Below, piece by piece: positions 15,548-25,844 of a stretch of DNA of 30,947 nt. Location: positions 1 through 30,947 of IMG/VR virus record IMGVR_UViG_3300044216_001273; one strand, 5' to 3'. Within the stretch, counting starts at the first letter, position 1, and each line of letters opens with the position of its first letter. The stretch is from a virus. Lineage: Duplodnaviria > Caudoviricetes. The notes beneath the pieces were generated by a model, which did not search any database, was not told where the DNA came from, and saw only the letters and a program-made list of their open reading frames with translations. Made by a program: the position numbers and the translations under genes.

Positions 15548-16035
15548 CAACATTTTACGACATATTAGACACTTTAAAAACATATCTTCAAGGTAATTCT
15601 AATATTAATACAGTTACATCAGGAGATATATTTGAAGTAGATTTAGCAAAACAAAGTATTTTTCCTTTAGCACATATTATAGTAAACAACTGTACATTTC
15701 AAGAACATGTAGTTGTATTTAATCTACAAGTAATTTGTATGGATGTCGTGCATGATACTAATGAAGATATTAAAAATCAAGACAATTATTTTCATGGCAT
15801 AAATAATAAACAAGATATATTGAACACAATGTTTTTTGTAATCAATGGTTTACAAAGTTCATTAAGAAGAGGAGAATTATTCACAGATTTATTTCAAGTA
15901 GATAGTGATTTTACAGCAGATATGTTTGAAGATAGATTTGAAAATTTACTTGCTGGATGGTCAATGGATTTTGATGTAATAGTGCCAAACAATCAAATAT
16001 CAGATATTAATGCTAACGGACAATCACCTTGCTAA
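15544..16035 (+). CDS. Putative tail terminator/completion protein
   Basis: 163 aa acidic protein, IFPLAHI and ENLLAGW motifs, structural context. Confidence 0.55.
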   Translation: MTTFYDILDTLKTYLQGNSNINTVTSGDIFEVDLAKQSIFPLAHIIVNNCTFQEHVVVFNLQVICMDVVHDTNEDIKNQDNYFHGINNKQDILNTMFFVINGLQSSLRRGELFTDLFQVDSDFTADMFEDRFENLLAGWSMDFDVIVPNNQISDINANGQSPC

Positions 16036-16613
16036 TGAGTTTAAAACTAAGAAATACTGAGGTTTTTTTAACCAATTATGTAAGAAGGTTGATTGTATTG
16101 ACTAGACAAGAAATACTAAGACCACAAACAAGAACATATAGAAGTAAGTTATTTGGAAATAGAACTATAAATTCACCATTAGATTCTAGTGGAGATTTAA
16201 GAAATAGCCTAAGATTAGTGAAGAAACTTAAAAATGTAGTAAATGAAACGGGATTTGCAGCAACTCAATCGTATAGAATAGTTGGTAATGCTTATGGAGA
16301 AATACTTGATGAAGGAGCAGGACCAGATAAAGTAAAAGCTACAGTTTCAGGTTTAGAAAAATGGATTAATAAAAAACCCGTTAAATTAGAAAAAATAAAG
16401 AACAAAAAAAAAGTTGCTGAATACATGAAAAGAAAGATAGATAGATATGGTATTCAAGGAACAGGATTTTTAAGAAAATTATTAGATAAACAATCTGATA
16501 AGGTTTTTGGAATAATACCGAGTATAACAAAAGACATATCTCTTAATTTAGATGATATATTGGTTTTACTAGGATGGGATAAATCAGGAGAAACATTTAC
16601 AAGAAAAATATAA
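16035..16613 (+). CDS. Putative neck/tail completion protein (HK97 gp10-like)
   Basis: Basic; SGDLRNSL, YGEILDEG and GIQGTGFL motifs; TAATG coupling at both ends. Confidence 0.55.
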   Translation: MSLKLRNTEVFLTNYVRRLIVLTRQEILRPQTRTYRSKLFGNRTINSPLDSSGDLRNSLRLVKKLKNVVNETGFAATQSYRIVGNAYGEILDEGAGPDKVKATVSGLEKWINKKPVKLEKIKNKKKVAEYMKRKIDRYGIQGTGFLRKLLDKQSDKVFGIIPSITKDISLNLDDILVLLGWDKSGETFTRKI

Positions 16614-17971
16614 TGAGTACAGTAATAAACACAAGAAGTCCATATTATTTTAAAGTATCTAATGCAGATTTAGATTCTGTAAAATTACAATTATATATTT
16701 GGACTGGAACACACGCACAAAGAACAAGTGCTTACTTAAGATATACAATAAGCAAAGACCAAAGATTAGATGAATTAGATAGAGGTACAACTACATCAAC
16801 TACTGCAAATAAATTAGTAGATAGTACACAAAACTTTAATACTACAGCACAAGTTGGTAGCTTTGTAAAGAACACTACAGACAATACAACTGCAAGTGTT
16901 ACTGCTATTGATAGCGATTCTACATTATCATTAAGTGCAGATATTATGGCTTCTGGTGAAAACTACATATTATTTGCTAAACCATATGTTGTATTTGAAT
17001 TAAGTGAACTTATAAGAGATTATTTAGAAACAGAATATAATAATTATGCTACTGATATAGTTTGGGTAGATGCAGATATTACTATATACAATTCAAGTGG
17101 AACTATTATTCAAGTAAATAGTCAAGACACAAATACAAGCACTTTTTTAGGTGTAGATGGTTATGGATATTTTGAAGATGGAGCAAATCCTAGAGAAACA
17201 ACAACTCCAATGGTTTTACAAGATAATACAGATGTTTATTATTTTGATGGGCAAGATATAAAAATACCTGTGTTTGCAGAAGCTCTACCATTAGTTACAC
17301 TTACTTCTTCAGCAGGTGCTAATATAAACTGGGAAGCTGCTAATGATTTTTGGGAAACTAATGATTCTACTTGGGGTTCTGGCACAACACCAATACAAAT
17401 TGCTGATAATGGAAATACTAATCAAAAAATACAATATATAATTATTGAAGATACAGCCATATTGAATGATGGCGATACAGTTACTTTTGACACTTCAGTA
17501 AGTGGATATACAGACACAATAATAACATTGAAAAAAGTAAATGAATGTAAATTTAGCCCATTAAATGTAATATTCTATAATAAATATGGGGCACTACAAA
17601 ACTTGTGGTACTTTAAAAAATCTATTACAAATATCAACATAACATCAGAGAAATTCAAAAATAATATTTTAGATATAGAAAACTCAGGAGGCACACCTTC
17701 TTATTCTTTAAGCAAACATCAAGAAAAGAAATTTATGGCAAATGGAAAAGAATCTATTACAATGAATACTGGATTCTATCCTCAAAGTTATAATGAGGTT
17801 GTTAGACAAAAGATGTTAGCAGAACAAGTTTGGGTTGATGACTTATCAAATGTATTGCCAATAAATCTAAAATCTAATTCATTACAGTTTAAAAAGTCGG
17901 TAAATGACAAGCTGATTACTTATACAGTTCAATTTGACTATGCGTTTGATAAGATAAATAATATTCTATAA
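16613..17971 (+). CDS. Tail/tail-tip structural protein
   Basis: 452 aa, beta/Thr-rich; INTRSPY start and FYNKYGALQ motif. Confidence 0.7.
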   Translation: MSTVINTRSPYYFKVSNADLDSVKLQLYIWTGTHAQRTSAYLRYTISKDQRLDELDRGTTTSTTANKLVDSTQNFNTTAQVGSFVKNTTDNTTASVTAIDSDSTLSLSADIMASGENYILFAKPYVVFELSELIRDYLETEYNNYATDIVWVDADITIYNSSGTIIQVNSQDTNTSTFLGVDGYGYFEDGANPRETTTPMVLQDNTDVYYFDGQDIKIPVFAEALPLVTLTSSAGANINWEAANDFWETNDSTWGSGTTPIQIADNGNTNQKIQYIIIEDTAILNDGDTVTFDTSVSGYTDTIITLKKVNECKFSPLNVIFYNKYGALQNLWYFKKSITNINITSEKFKNNILDIENSGGTPSYSLSKHQEKKFMANGKESITMNTGFYPQSYNEVVRQKMLAEQVWVDDLSNVLPINLKSNSLQFKKSVNDKLITYTVQFDYAFDKINNIL

Positions 17972-20196
17972 TGCAAAAAATAGTTTTATATATAAAAGAT
18001 GGAGATGATGTTTATCGAAGAGTTGATATGTTTGATGATGAAACAATTACTTTAACATCAAAGATTCAAGATGTAAGAGATATAGGAAAGGTATTTACTG
18101 ATTTTAGTGAAACATTTACAGTTCCAGCTTCAAGAGAAAACAATAAGATATTTCAGCATTGGTATAAATCTGAAATAGATAATGGATTTGATGCTAGAAC
18201 TAGAAAAGATGCCATTATGGAAATGGACTTTAATCCATTTAAAAGAGGTAAAATATCATTAGAAAATGTAAAGCTAAGAGACAATAAACCTTTTTCATAT
18301 ACAGTTGTTTTTTATGGCAATTTAATAAATCTAAAAGATTTACTTGGTGATGATGAGCTTGGTGATTTACCTGAGCTAGATGATTATACACATGATTATA
18401 GCAGTTCTAATGTTAAGACAGGATTACAAAGTGGATTGTCTTCAGGTAAAATAGTATATCCTTTAATATCACACACTAAAAGATTTTATTATGATTCAGC
18501 ACAATCTAGTCCTGAATATAGTGGAAACTTATATTATAATACAACAGCAAACAATATTGGACTTGCATTTGATGATTTAAAACCTGCAATAAAATGTTTA
18601 ACCATTATAGAAGCTATAGAAGATAAATATACAGTTGCAAATGGTTATCCATCTAATATTGCGTTTACTAGAGATTTTTTTAATAATACAGAGTTTTCTA
18701 ATTTATATTTATGGTTAAGTAGAAACAAAGGACCTATAGGTGGTGATGAAAACCAAGAAGAAGTATTAAGTAGAATATGTGGTGATTGGGGATATTCTTC
18801 TGGCGACTTAGGATTTGCAGTAAGTGGAGATACTTGGTCTGTAACAGTAGAAAATTCAAACGCAAGTTATCAAGCTACATTAACTGTAACTACTAGTGGA
18901 GGTAACACAAGTATTCCATTTAAAATGAAAGCAATTGATTATGTAAGTGGTACAACATTGAAAGAATCAACTATGGCTGCAGGTTCTAGTAGAACACTTA
19001 CTTTTGAATTAGTACAAAGTTTTAATCCTGTAAACTATCAAATTAAATGGATTATTGAATCAAATACAGCAATATCATTTACACCACAAATAGAGTTAAC
19101 AAAGTTTATTATAACAAATGGAACAATATCAGGACAAGAAGATGCTATTTATAATATTAATGGTACTGGCAATTCAATATCTACAGTAAGTGAAATTATT
19201 ATTACTCAGAATGTGCCAAAATTAAAGGTTATAGATTTTTTAACTGGCATATTTAAAATGTTTAATCTAACTGCATATTATGTAGAAGATGTTGGAGATG
19301 CAGATTTTGATAAAATTGAAGTAGATACATTAGATGAGTTTTATGCTGATAGAGTTAATAATCCATCAGAAGGAGAATGGGATATAACTAAGTTTGTAGA
19401 TACATCAAGACTACAAGTAAATAGAGCTTTTGAGTATAATGAAATAGATTTTAGTTATCAAGAACCAAGCACTTTGCTGTCTATAAATCATCAAGAGCAG
19501 TTTAATGATATATTTGGTGATGAGGAAGTTAGACCACAAGGAATTGATAGAGGAACTGTTTATGAAGTTGAAGTGCCTTTTGAGCACATGAAGTTTGAAA
19601 GATTGTTTGATAAGAATCTAACATCAAGCAGTCCTTATGATACTGCAGACACAGCATATCTAACTGATATATTATGGGGATATTCTGCTGCAGGAGAGTT
19701 TACCTCTGACACAGACGTAACTCCTAATACTGGTAATTATGAACCTGTACTTACAAAACCATTAATATTTTATGCAGTTCAAGAAACAGGATTGACTGCA
19801 GGCTCTGGTATTAAGTGGATTTCAGATTCACCACCTACAGAAATAACACAATATTATAGACCATCCAATACAAATGAAGATGGAACAAGTTCAACAGCAC
19901 CATCTTTTACAATAAACTTTGACGATGAGATTGACGAATGGAATTTGCAAAACTATGGAGGAACAACAAATTCATTATTTAAGAAGTTTTATGCTACTTA
20001 TATAAATGGAATATTTAATGAGAAAAAAAGAATATATAAATTAAAAGCATATTTATCTACTGATGTTTTGGCAAACTATAGATTAAACGATGAGCTTATA
20101 ATACAAAACAGGGCTTATCGTATTAATTCTATAAGAACAAACTTTAATACAGAGGTAAGTGATTTAGAACTTTTAAATAAATTAAGCAATGATTAA
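17971..20196 (+). CDS. Large tail tip/baseplate hub-like protein
   Basis: 741 aa; FSETFTVPASRENNKIF and YRINSIRTN..T motifs; next to the tape measure gene. Confidence 0.7.
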   Translation: MQKIVLYIKDGDDVYRRVDMFDDETITLTSKIQDVRDIGKVFTDFSETFTVPASRENNKIFQHWYKSEIDNGFDARTRKDAIMEMDFNPFKRGKISLENVKLRDNKPFSYTVVFYGNLINLKDLLGDDELGDLPELDDYTHDYSSSNVKTGLQSGLSSGKIVYPLISHTKRFYYDSAQSSPEYSGNLYYNTTANNIGLAFDDLKPAIKCLTIIEAIEDKYTVANGYPSNIAFTRDFFNNTEFSNLYLWLSRNKGPIGGDENQEEVLSRICGDWGYSSGDLGFAVSGDTWSVTVENSNASYQATLTVTTSGGNTSIPFKMKAIDYVSGTTLKESTMAAGSSRTLTFELVQSFNPVNYQIKWIIESNTAISFTPQIELTKFIITNGTISGQEDAIYNINGTGNSISTVSEIIITQNVPKLKVIDFLTGIFKMFNLTAYYVEDVGDADFDKIEVDTLDEFYADRVNNPSEGEWDITKFVDTSRLQVNRAFEYNEIDFSYQEPSTLLSINHQEQFNDIFGDEEVRPQGIDRGTVYEVEVPFEHMKFERLFDKNLTSSSPYDTADTAYLTDILWGYSAAGEFTSDTDVTPNTGNYEPVLTKPLIFYAVQETGLTAGSGIKWISDSPPTEITQYYRPSNTNEDGTSSTAPSFTINFDDEIDEWNLQNYGGTTNSLFKKFYATYINGIFNEKKRIYKLKAYLSTDVLANYRLNDELIIQNRAYRINSIRTNFNTEVSDLELLNKLSND

Positions 20197-20335
20197 ACAA
20201 ATAATAGATTTACTTAATGCTTCTGATTGGTATGGAGAAGATGAATTAATTGATATTGCTAAAGGTAAATATGCAGGGGTTAGTAATTATAGTGAAATGA
20301 AAGAACAGCTAAAAAGATTGAAGCATGGCAAGTAA
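20189..20335 (+). CDS. Small hypothetical protein (48 aa, not in ORF track)
   Basis: MIKQIIDLL...IDIAKGKY; overlaps both neighbours. Confidence 0.7.
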   Translation: MIKQIIDLLNASDWYGEDELIDIAKGKYAGVSNYSEMKEQLKRLKHGK

Positions 20336-21926
20336 GAAAATATTAATTAGTGTAGATATTACAACTAAATCTGCTGAAGTAAACGTAGATAAAGTAGTAA
20401 ATAAACTAAAAGAACTAGAAGGAGCACAAACAAAAGTTACAAAAGCTACAGAAAAAGGTAGAGCACAATCTGGTCTTAATAATGCAATATTACTTGAAAC
20501 AGGTCGTTTAGCATCAGATGCTTCTTATGGTTTTACAGCTATTGCAAACAACTTGTCGCAAGTAGTAACGCTATTTGCTAGTTTTATAGAAACAAATAAA
20601 AGTGTAACAAAATCATTTAAAGAATTAGGTAAATCATTAATTGGTACTGGTGGATTTTTAATTGTTGTGCAGCTTTTAATTTCATTTGGTCCTAAGCTAA
20701 TGGAAATGCTTAGCGGGGTTACACAAGAAATGAAAGACCTTAAAGATGTTCAAAAGGCAGCAGCAAGTGCAGCAGGAGAACAGATTGGGCAATTGCAAAC
20801 ACTTGTAAGAATATTAGATGATAGCACACAATCTTCTTTTGAGAAACAAGCAGCTTTAGATAAGTTAAGAAAAGAACATAAAAAGTTAAATGTAGAACTA
20901 AATGAAGAAGGAACATTAACTGAAGAGTCTAAAAAAGCTATAGAAGAATATATACCTGTATTAAAACAAAAAGCATTAGCAAATGCTATTATGACTAAGA
21001 TACAAGCTAAATATGTGGAGATGCTTGAAGTTGAGCAATCTTCAATTGCAGATAATATAAAATTTTATGAAGCAGCTTTAGCTTTTCTTAAATCAGGAGG
21101 TCGTGCAACTTCAGAAGAATTAGTAAAAATGACTTTAAAAGGTAAAGAAAGAAGAGAGCAAACAGTTGTAGATATTCAAGAAGATATAAATAGACTTATC
21201 GAATCGTTTGCAGAACTTGATACTATAGGAACTGACCCTGAAGAAACAAATGCAGTTAAAACAGTAAAAGCAATAGGAAGTGTATTAAAAACAACAAATA
21301 AAGAAGCCTTTAAAGATGCAGGTGCTTTCTTAAAGAATTTATCTAAAAATTCAGATACTCAGTTAAAAATTAGAGCTAAAGAATTGAAAGATGCAGATAA
21401 AATGCAAAAAAAAGCAACTAAAGATTCTATAAAATTAGCTGAAATAGAAAGAGATTCTAAATTACAAGCATATCAAGATGTGGGTAATGGATTAATGGCT
21501 TTAAGTCAATTAGCTGGAAAAGAAACTGGAGTTGGTAAAACATTGGCTATAGCTTCAACGTTAATATCAACTTATGCAGCAGCACAGAGAGCTTATGAAA
21601 GTCAATTTAATTTACCTACTCTTGATGCTCCAGCAAGAGCAGCTATTGCGGCAGCAGCAGCTATTGCTCAAGGTTTAGCTAATATTGCAGCTATAAGAAA
21701 AGTACAAACACCTGCAGGTGCTGGTGGAGGTGGAGGTGGAGCAGTTACCCCCACAACGATAGAAGCACCAGACTTTAATGTTGTAGGAGCAGGGGGTGTT
21801 TCGCAGTTAGCTACAGGATTAGCTGGAATTACTGGCAAACCAATTCAAGCATTTGTGGTTAGTAAAGAAATATCATCAGCACAAGAATTAGACAGAAACA
21901 TTACAGGAAACGCATCATTAGGTTAA
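20325..21926 (+). CDS. Tail tape measure protein
   Basis: 533 aa, helical and Ala/Lys/Glu-rich; DASYGFTAIANN; hydrophobic segments; Gly linker. Confidence 0.8.
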   Translation: MASKKILISVDITTKSAEVNVDKVVNKLKELEGAQTKVTKATEKGRAQSGLNNAILLETGRLASDASYGFTAIANNLSQVVTLFASFIETNKSVTKSFKELGKSLIGTGGFLIVVQLLISFGPKLMEMLSGVTQEMKDLKDVQKAAASAAGEQIGQLQTLVRILDDSTQSSFEKQAALDKLRKEHKKLNVELNEEGTLTEESKKAIEEYIPVLKQKALANAIMTKIQAKYVEMLEVEQSSIADNIKFYEAALAFLKSGGRATSEELVKMTLKGKERREQTVVDIQEDINRLIESFAELDTIGTDPEETNAVKTVKAIGSVLKTTNKEAFKDAGAFLKNLSKNSDTQLKIRAKELKDADKMQKKATKDSIKLAEIERDSKLQAYQDVGNGLMALSQLAGKETGVGKTLAIASTLISTYAAAQRAYESQFNLPTLDAPARAAIAAAAAIAQGLANIAAIRKVQTPAGAGGGGGGAVTPTTIEAPDFNVVGAGGVSQLATGLAGITGKPIQAFVVSKEISSAQELDRNITGNASLG

Positions 21927-21945
21927 TTATATAAATAAGTTTAAT

Positions 21946-23445
21946 ATGAAAATAGTAGAATTATTAATAGACGAAGAACAATTATTATCTGGCATAGAAG
22001 CCATATCTATTGTGGACCAACCTGCAATAGAAGAAAACTTTATTGCTTTATCTAAACAACATGAAGTTAAATTAGCACAAGTAGATGAAGAGAAAAGAAT
22101 ACTTATGGGTGCTGCATTAGTGCCAGATAAGAATATATACAGAAAAGATGGTGAAGAAGAATATTATATATATTTCTCAAAAGATACTGTAAGAAAAGCA
22201 TCTCAATTATTTTTAATGAGAGGTAATCAAAATAAATCTACATTAGAGCATCAAGCTGAATTACATGGATTATCTGTAGTTGAATCTTGGATTATAGAAG
22301 ATGAAGTACATGATAAATCAAGAAAGTATGATATGGATTTACCTGTTGGTACTTGGATGGTGTCAATGAAAGTAAATAATGATGATGTTTGGGAAAACTA
22401 TGTAAAAACAGGATTAGTAAAAGGATTTAGTATTGAAGGATACTTTAAAGATAAATTAGAGATGGCAGCAATAGATGATGTAGAAAATGAAGAAGAAGCT
22501 ACAGAAATACTATTAGAGATTGCCAATTCAATACTAGATAATAAATATGAATTACAAACTTATGGTGATTACGGAAGTGGTGTTAGAAATAATGCCAAAA
22601 GAGGTATTGAATTAAATAAGAAAGTAAATAATAAATGTGCTACAAGCGTAGGAAAAATAAGAGCTCAGCAATTGTCAAGAGGTGAGAAATTGAGTTTATC
22701 CACAATTAAGAGGATGTATTCATATTTAAGTCGAGCAGAAACTTATTATGACCCTAGTGATAGTAAAGCGTGTGGAACTATTTCATATCTATTATGGGGT
22801 GGGAAAGCAGGATTAAACTGGTCAAGAGGTAAACTAAGAGAGCTTGGTGAATTGAAAATGGCATCGATGGTTGTTGATAAAGACCATGCAATTATAAATG
22901 ATAGATTAGCTTATTCATCTGAAGAGATGGCTAAAAAGATGGCAAAAGATTTAGATTGTGACGGAATACATGAACACGAATTTGAAGGTAAAACTTGGTA
23001 TATGCCTTGTGCAGAACATTTATTAGCAGAGGTTGGGCCAAGAGGAGGAGTAAGAAGAAGTCCTAAAGCACCTAAATCTAGCACACCTAATCCTAATCCT
23101 AAAGGAAAAGGAACAGCTAAAGGAGATGCATCTGGTAAAAGAGGAGCTAAGGTTTCTGCAAAAGATAGAGCATCTTTGCAAAAGAAAGCAGATGATTTTA
23201 ACAAAAGATATAAAGAAAAATTAGGTTATGGCATAACTGTTGGTATGTTGGCTTCTGTGTTTCAAAGAGGTCTTGGTGCTTTCAATACAAGCCATTCACC
23301 TAATGTAAAATCACCCTCACAATGGGCACACGCAAGAGTTAACGCTTTTATGTATTTGGTAAGAAACGGAAGACCACAAAATGCTAAGTATACAACAGAC
23401 TATGATTTATTGCCAACTAAACATCCTAAAAGCTCTAAGAAATGA
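21946..23445 (+). CDS. Prohead protease (XkdF-like) with three extra C-terminal domains
   Basis: AISIVDQPAIE, LEH, GTW and GLVKGFSIEG motifs; upstream of scaffold and capsid genes. Confidence 0.85.
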   Translation: MKIVELLIDEEQLLSGIEAISIVDQPAIEENFIALSKQHEVKLAQVDEEKRILMGAALVPDKNIYRKDGEEEYYIYFSKDTVRKASQLFLMRGNQNKSTLEHQAELHGLSVVESWIIEDEVHDKSRKYDMDLPVGTWMVSMKVNNDDVWENYVKTGLVKGFSIEGYFKDKLEMAAIDDVENEEEATEILLEIANSILDNKYELQTYGDYGSGVRNNAKRGIELNKKVNNKCATSVGKIRAQQLSRGEKLSLSTIKRMYSYLSRAETYYDPSDSKACGTISYLLWGGKAGLNWSRGKLRELGELKMASMVVDKDHAIINDRLAYSSEEMAKKMAKDLDCDGIHEHEFEGKTWYMPCAEHLLAEVGPRGGVRRSPKAPKSSTPNPNPKGKGTAKGDASGKRGAKVSAKDRASLQKKADDFNKRYKEKLGYGITVGMLASVFQRGLGAFNTSHSPNVKSPSQWAHARVNAFMYLVRNGRPQNAKYTTDYDLLPTKHPKSSKK

Positions 23446-23579
23446 AAAAAACAAATGAAACATTAGGTAGAGCTGTACCAAGAGGAAAAAGAAGAGGTTG
23501 TCTATGTAAAGATGGAAAAACATATTCTAGAAAATGTTGTGATGGCACTTTGCGTTCACAAGGAATAGGCAAAATCTAA
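23442..23579 (+). CDS. Small Cys-rich basic protein (45 aa, not in ORF track)
   Basis: ...RRGCLCKDGKTYSRKCCDGTLRSQGIGKI; ATGA overlap with the protease. Confidence 0.75.
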   Translation: MKKTNETLGRAVPRGKRRGCLCKDGKTYSRKCCDGTLRSQGIGKI

Positions 23580-23605
23580 CAACCTTTTATTACTTAGTTA
23601 CTTTA
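23579..23605 (+). promoter_or_regulatory. Candidate phage-sigma late promoter (scaffold/capsid)
   Basis: ACAA-N13-AGTTACTTTA, a divergent copy of the motif. Confidence 0.4.
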
Positions 23606-23636
23606 ATAGTAAAATTAATTTTATAATACTTAATTT

Positions 23637-24170
23637 ATGGAAAAACAAAAAGCTACATCAATTCTAAACGACATCATGGAGAAACTTTCTCTAATTAAAA
23701 AAGATGACGTAAAAGAGGTTGAGCTTAAAGAAGAAGAAGTTCAGCTTTCTGAACAGCTTACTGAAGAAGAAGAAATGTCTCAAGAACTAACTGAACTTGC
23801 TTGTCAAGAAGAAGTAGTTGCTGAAGAACTTTCATCTGATGAGGTAGAAGCTGAAGAACTACAAGAAGAAGTTTCTGTTGAAGAAGTTTCTGAAGAAATT
23901 GAAATGGATATGGACAAATACGTTTCAAAAGAAGAGTTTGATATGAAAATCAAATCAATTATGGATAAGATTGAAGAAATGAAGTTAGGTTATGATAAAG
24001 AAAAAGTTTCTATGAGTAAACAAATAGAAGAGCTTTCTAAAGAACCTGCTGCACAACCTATCAATCAAGGTTCTGAAGAGCAACCTAGAAAAAAAGTTCT
24101 TTACTCACAAAACAGACAATTCAGTACAAAAGATAGAGTATTGAATCAAATTTTTAACATTAATAGATAA
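23637..24170 (+). CDS. Capsid scaffolding protein
   Basis: Very Glu-rich coiled coil directly upstream of the capsid gene. Confidence 0.75.
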   Translation: MEKQKATSILNDIMEKLSLIKKDDVKEVELKEEEVQLSEQLTEEEEMSQELTELACQEEVVAEELSSDEVEAEELQEEVSVEEVSEEIEMDMDKYVSKEEFDMKIKSIMDKIEEMKLGYDKEKVSMSKQIEELSKEPAAQPINQGSEEQPRKKVLYSQNRQFSTKDRVLNQIFNINR

Positions 24171-24184
24171 ATAAATAGACAAAA

Positions 24185-25132
24185 ATGGCTACTACTACAT
24201 CAATTACTACTACTTATGCAGGGGAATTTGCTGGTGATTATATTTCAGCTGCATTATTATCTGGTAATACCTTAAATAGAGGTAATATCGAGATTAAACC
24301 AAACGTAAAGTTTAAAGAAGTAATCAAAAAAGTCGCAACTGATGCTAACGTAATCAAAGATGCAACTTGTGATTTTTCTGATACTGCTACTGTAACTTTA
24401 ACAGAAAGAATCCTTCAACCAGAAGAGTTCCAAGTAAACTTAGAACTTTGTAAGAAGGACTTTAGAAGCGACTGGGAAGCTATCCAAATGGGATACTCAG
24501 CGTATGATAACTTACCTCCAAAATTCTCTGATTTCTTAATCGGACATGTTGCAGGTTTAGTTGCAGAAAAGACAGAACAAAATATCTGGGGTGGTGTGAA
24601 CGCTAACGCAGGTGAGTTTGACGGATTTACAGTTTTAATGGCTGCTGATTCAGACGTAAACGATGCTGCTAACGGTTCTGAAACTTCATTCACTTCATCT
24701 AACATCGTTACTTTATTAAGTAATGTTGTAGATTCAATTCCTAACGCAGTTTATGGAAAAGAAGATTTAAAAATATATGTTCCACCAGTTGCATTCCAAG
24801 CATATGTAAGACATTTAGGAGGATATGGTGCTAACGGATTAGGTGCTCAAGGATATGACAATAAAGGTAACCAATGGTATGAAAGCAATGCTTCATTATC
24901 TTTCGAAGGTATTGAAGTTGTTTATACTTCAGGTATGCCAAGTGACCATATCGTTGCAGGACAAAAATCTAACTTATACTTTGGTACAGGATTAATTGCT
25001 GACCACAATGAAGTAAAAGTTCTTGATATGGCTGATTTAGATGGTTCTCAAAACGTAAGAGTTGTTATGAGATTTACATCTGGTATTCAGTATGGAATCG
25101 GTTCAGATTTAGTATTATTAACATTAGCTTAA
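24185..25132 (+). CDS. Major capsid protein
   Basis: 315 aa after protease and scaffold; strong codon bias; followed by a terminator. Confidence 0.85.
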   Translation: MATTTSITTTYAGEFAGDYISAALLSGNTLNRGNIEIKPNVKFKEVIKKVATDANVIKDATCDFSDTATVTLTERILQPEEFQVNLELCKKDFRSDWEAIQMGYSAYDNLPPKFSDFLIGHVAGLVAEKTEQNIWGGVNANAGEFDGFTVLMAADSDVNDAANGSETSFTSSNIVTLLSNVVDSIPNAVYGKEDLKIYVPPVAFQAYVRHLGGYGANGLGAQGYDNKGNQWYESNASLSFEGIEVVYTSGMPSDHIVAGQKSNLYFGTGLIADHNEVKVLDMADLDGSQNVRVVMRFTSGIQYGIGSDLVLLTLA

Positions 25133-25154
25133 TAACTAAATAATTGTATAACTT

Positions 25155-25191
25155 AAGAAGGGTAGGTGGTGTATTCTACCTGCCCTTTTTT
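25155..25191 (+). terminator. Rho-independent terminator
   Basis: AAGGGTAGGTGG / CTACCTGCCCTT stem followed by a T run. Confidence 0.85.
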
Positions 25192-25208
25192 AATAAAAAA
25201 TAAATATT

Positions 25209-25757
25209 ATGGCTTGTGATTTAACATTAGGAAGAAAAGAACCATGTAAAGACGTAGTTGGTGGTATTAGAGCTGTCTATTTCACAGATTTTGGTGACTT
25301 AGGCACAATAACACTTACTAATGATGAGATTACAGATATGAGTGGTACATTTACTGCATTTAAATATGAAGTAAAAGGAAATTCATCATTTGAACAAAAC
25401 ATCACTTCGTCAAGAGAGAATGGTACTACTTTCTTCGAACAAACACTAAATTTAACATTACACAAATTATCTAAAGAAGATAATAAAGAACTGAAATTAA
25501 TTGCATTTGGAAGACCACATATTGCTGTTGAAGATTATAATGGAAATGTATTTTTAATGGGTAGAGAGCATGGAGCTGATGTATCTGGTGGCACAATAGT
25601 AACTGGTGCTGCTATGGGAGATTTAAGTGGTTATACACTTACATTATCTGCTATGGAAACTTTACCTGCTAACTTTGTTGCTAGTCCAACTGCTGCTGAC
25701 CCTTATGCTGGGATGAGTAGTGCGACTGTAACAGTAACAGTAGGAACTAATTCTTAA
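25209..25757 (+). CDS. Major tail tube protein
   Basis: 182 aa, Thr/Gly-rich; CKDVVGGI, ENGTTFFEQ and GYTLTL motifs; own terminator. Confidence 0.75.
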   Translation: MACDLTLGRKEPCKDVVGGIRAVYFTDFGDLGTITLTNDEITDMSGTFTAFKYEVKGNSSFEQNITSSRENGTTFFEQTLNLTLHKLSKEDNKELKLIAFGRPHIAVEDYNGNVFLMGREHGADVSGGTIVTGAAMGDLSGYTLTLSAMETLPANFVASPTAADPYAGMSSATVTVTVGTNS

Positions 25758-25781
25758 TAATTAGATATACTTTGTGAATTT

Positions 25782-25811
25782 AAAAGGGGTACATTATGTA
25801 TCCCTTTTTTT
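25782..25811 (+). terminator. Rho-independent terminator
   Basis: GGGGTACA-TTA-TGTATCCC followed by T7. Confidence 0.85.
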
Positions 25812-25817
25812 ATGCAA

Positions 25818-25844
25818 ACAAATTATATTATATTTATTACTTAT
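25818..25844 (+). promoter_or_regulatory. Candidate phage-sigma late promoter (portal unit)
   Basis: ACAA-N13-TATTACTTAT immediately after a terminator. Confidence 0.55.

Noticed and set aside
21640-21745. GCA/GGT-GGA triplet repeats in the tape measure gene
   Set aside because: They simply encode poly-Ala and poly-Gly stretches.
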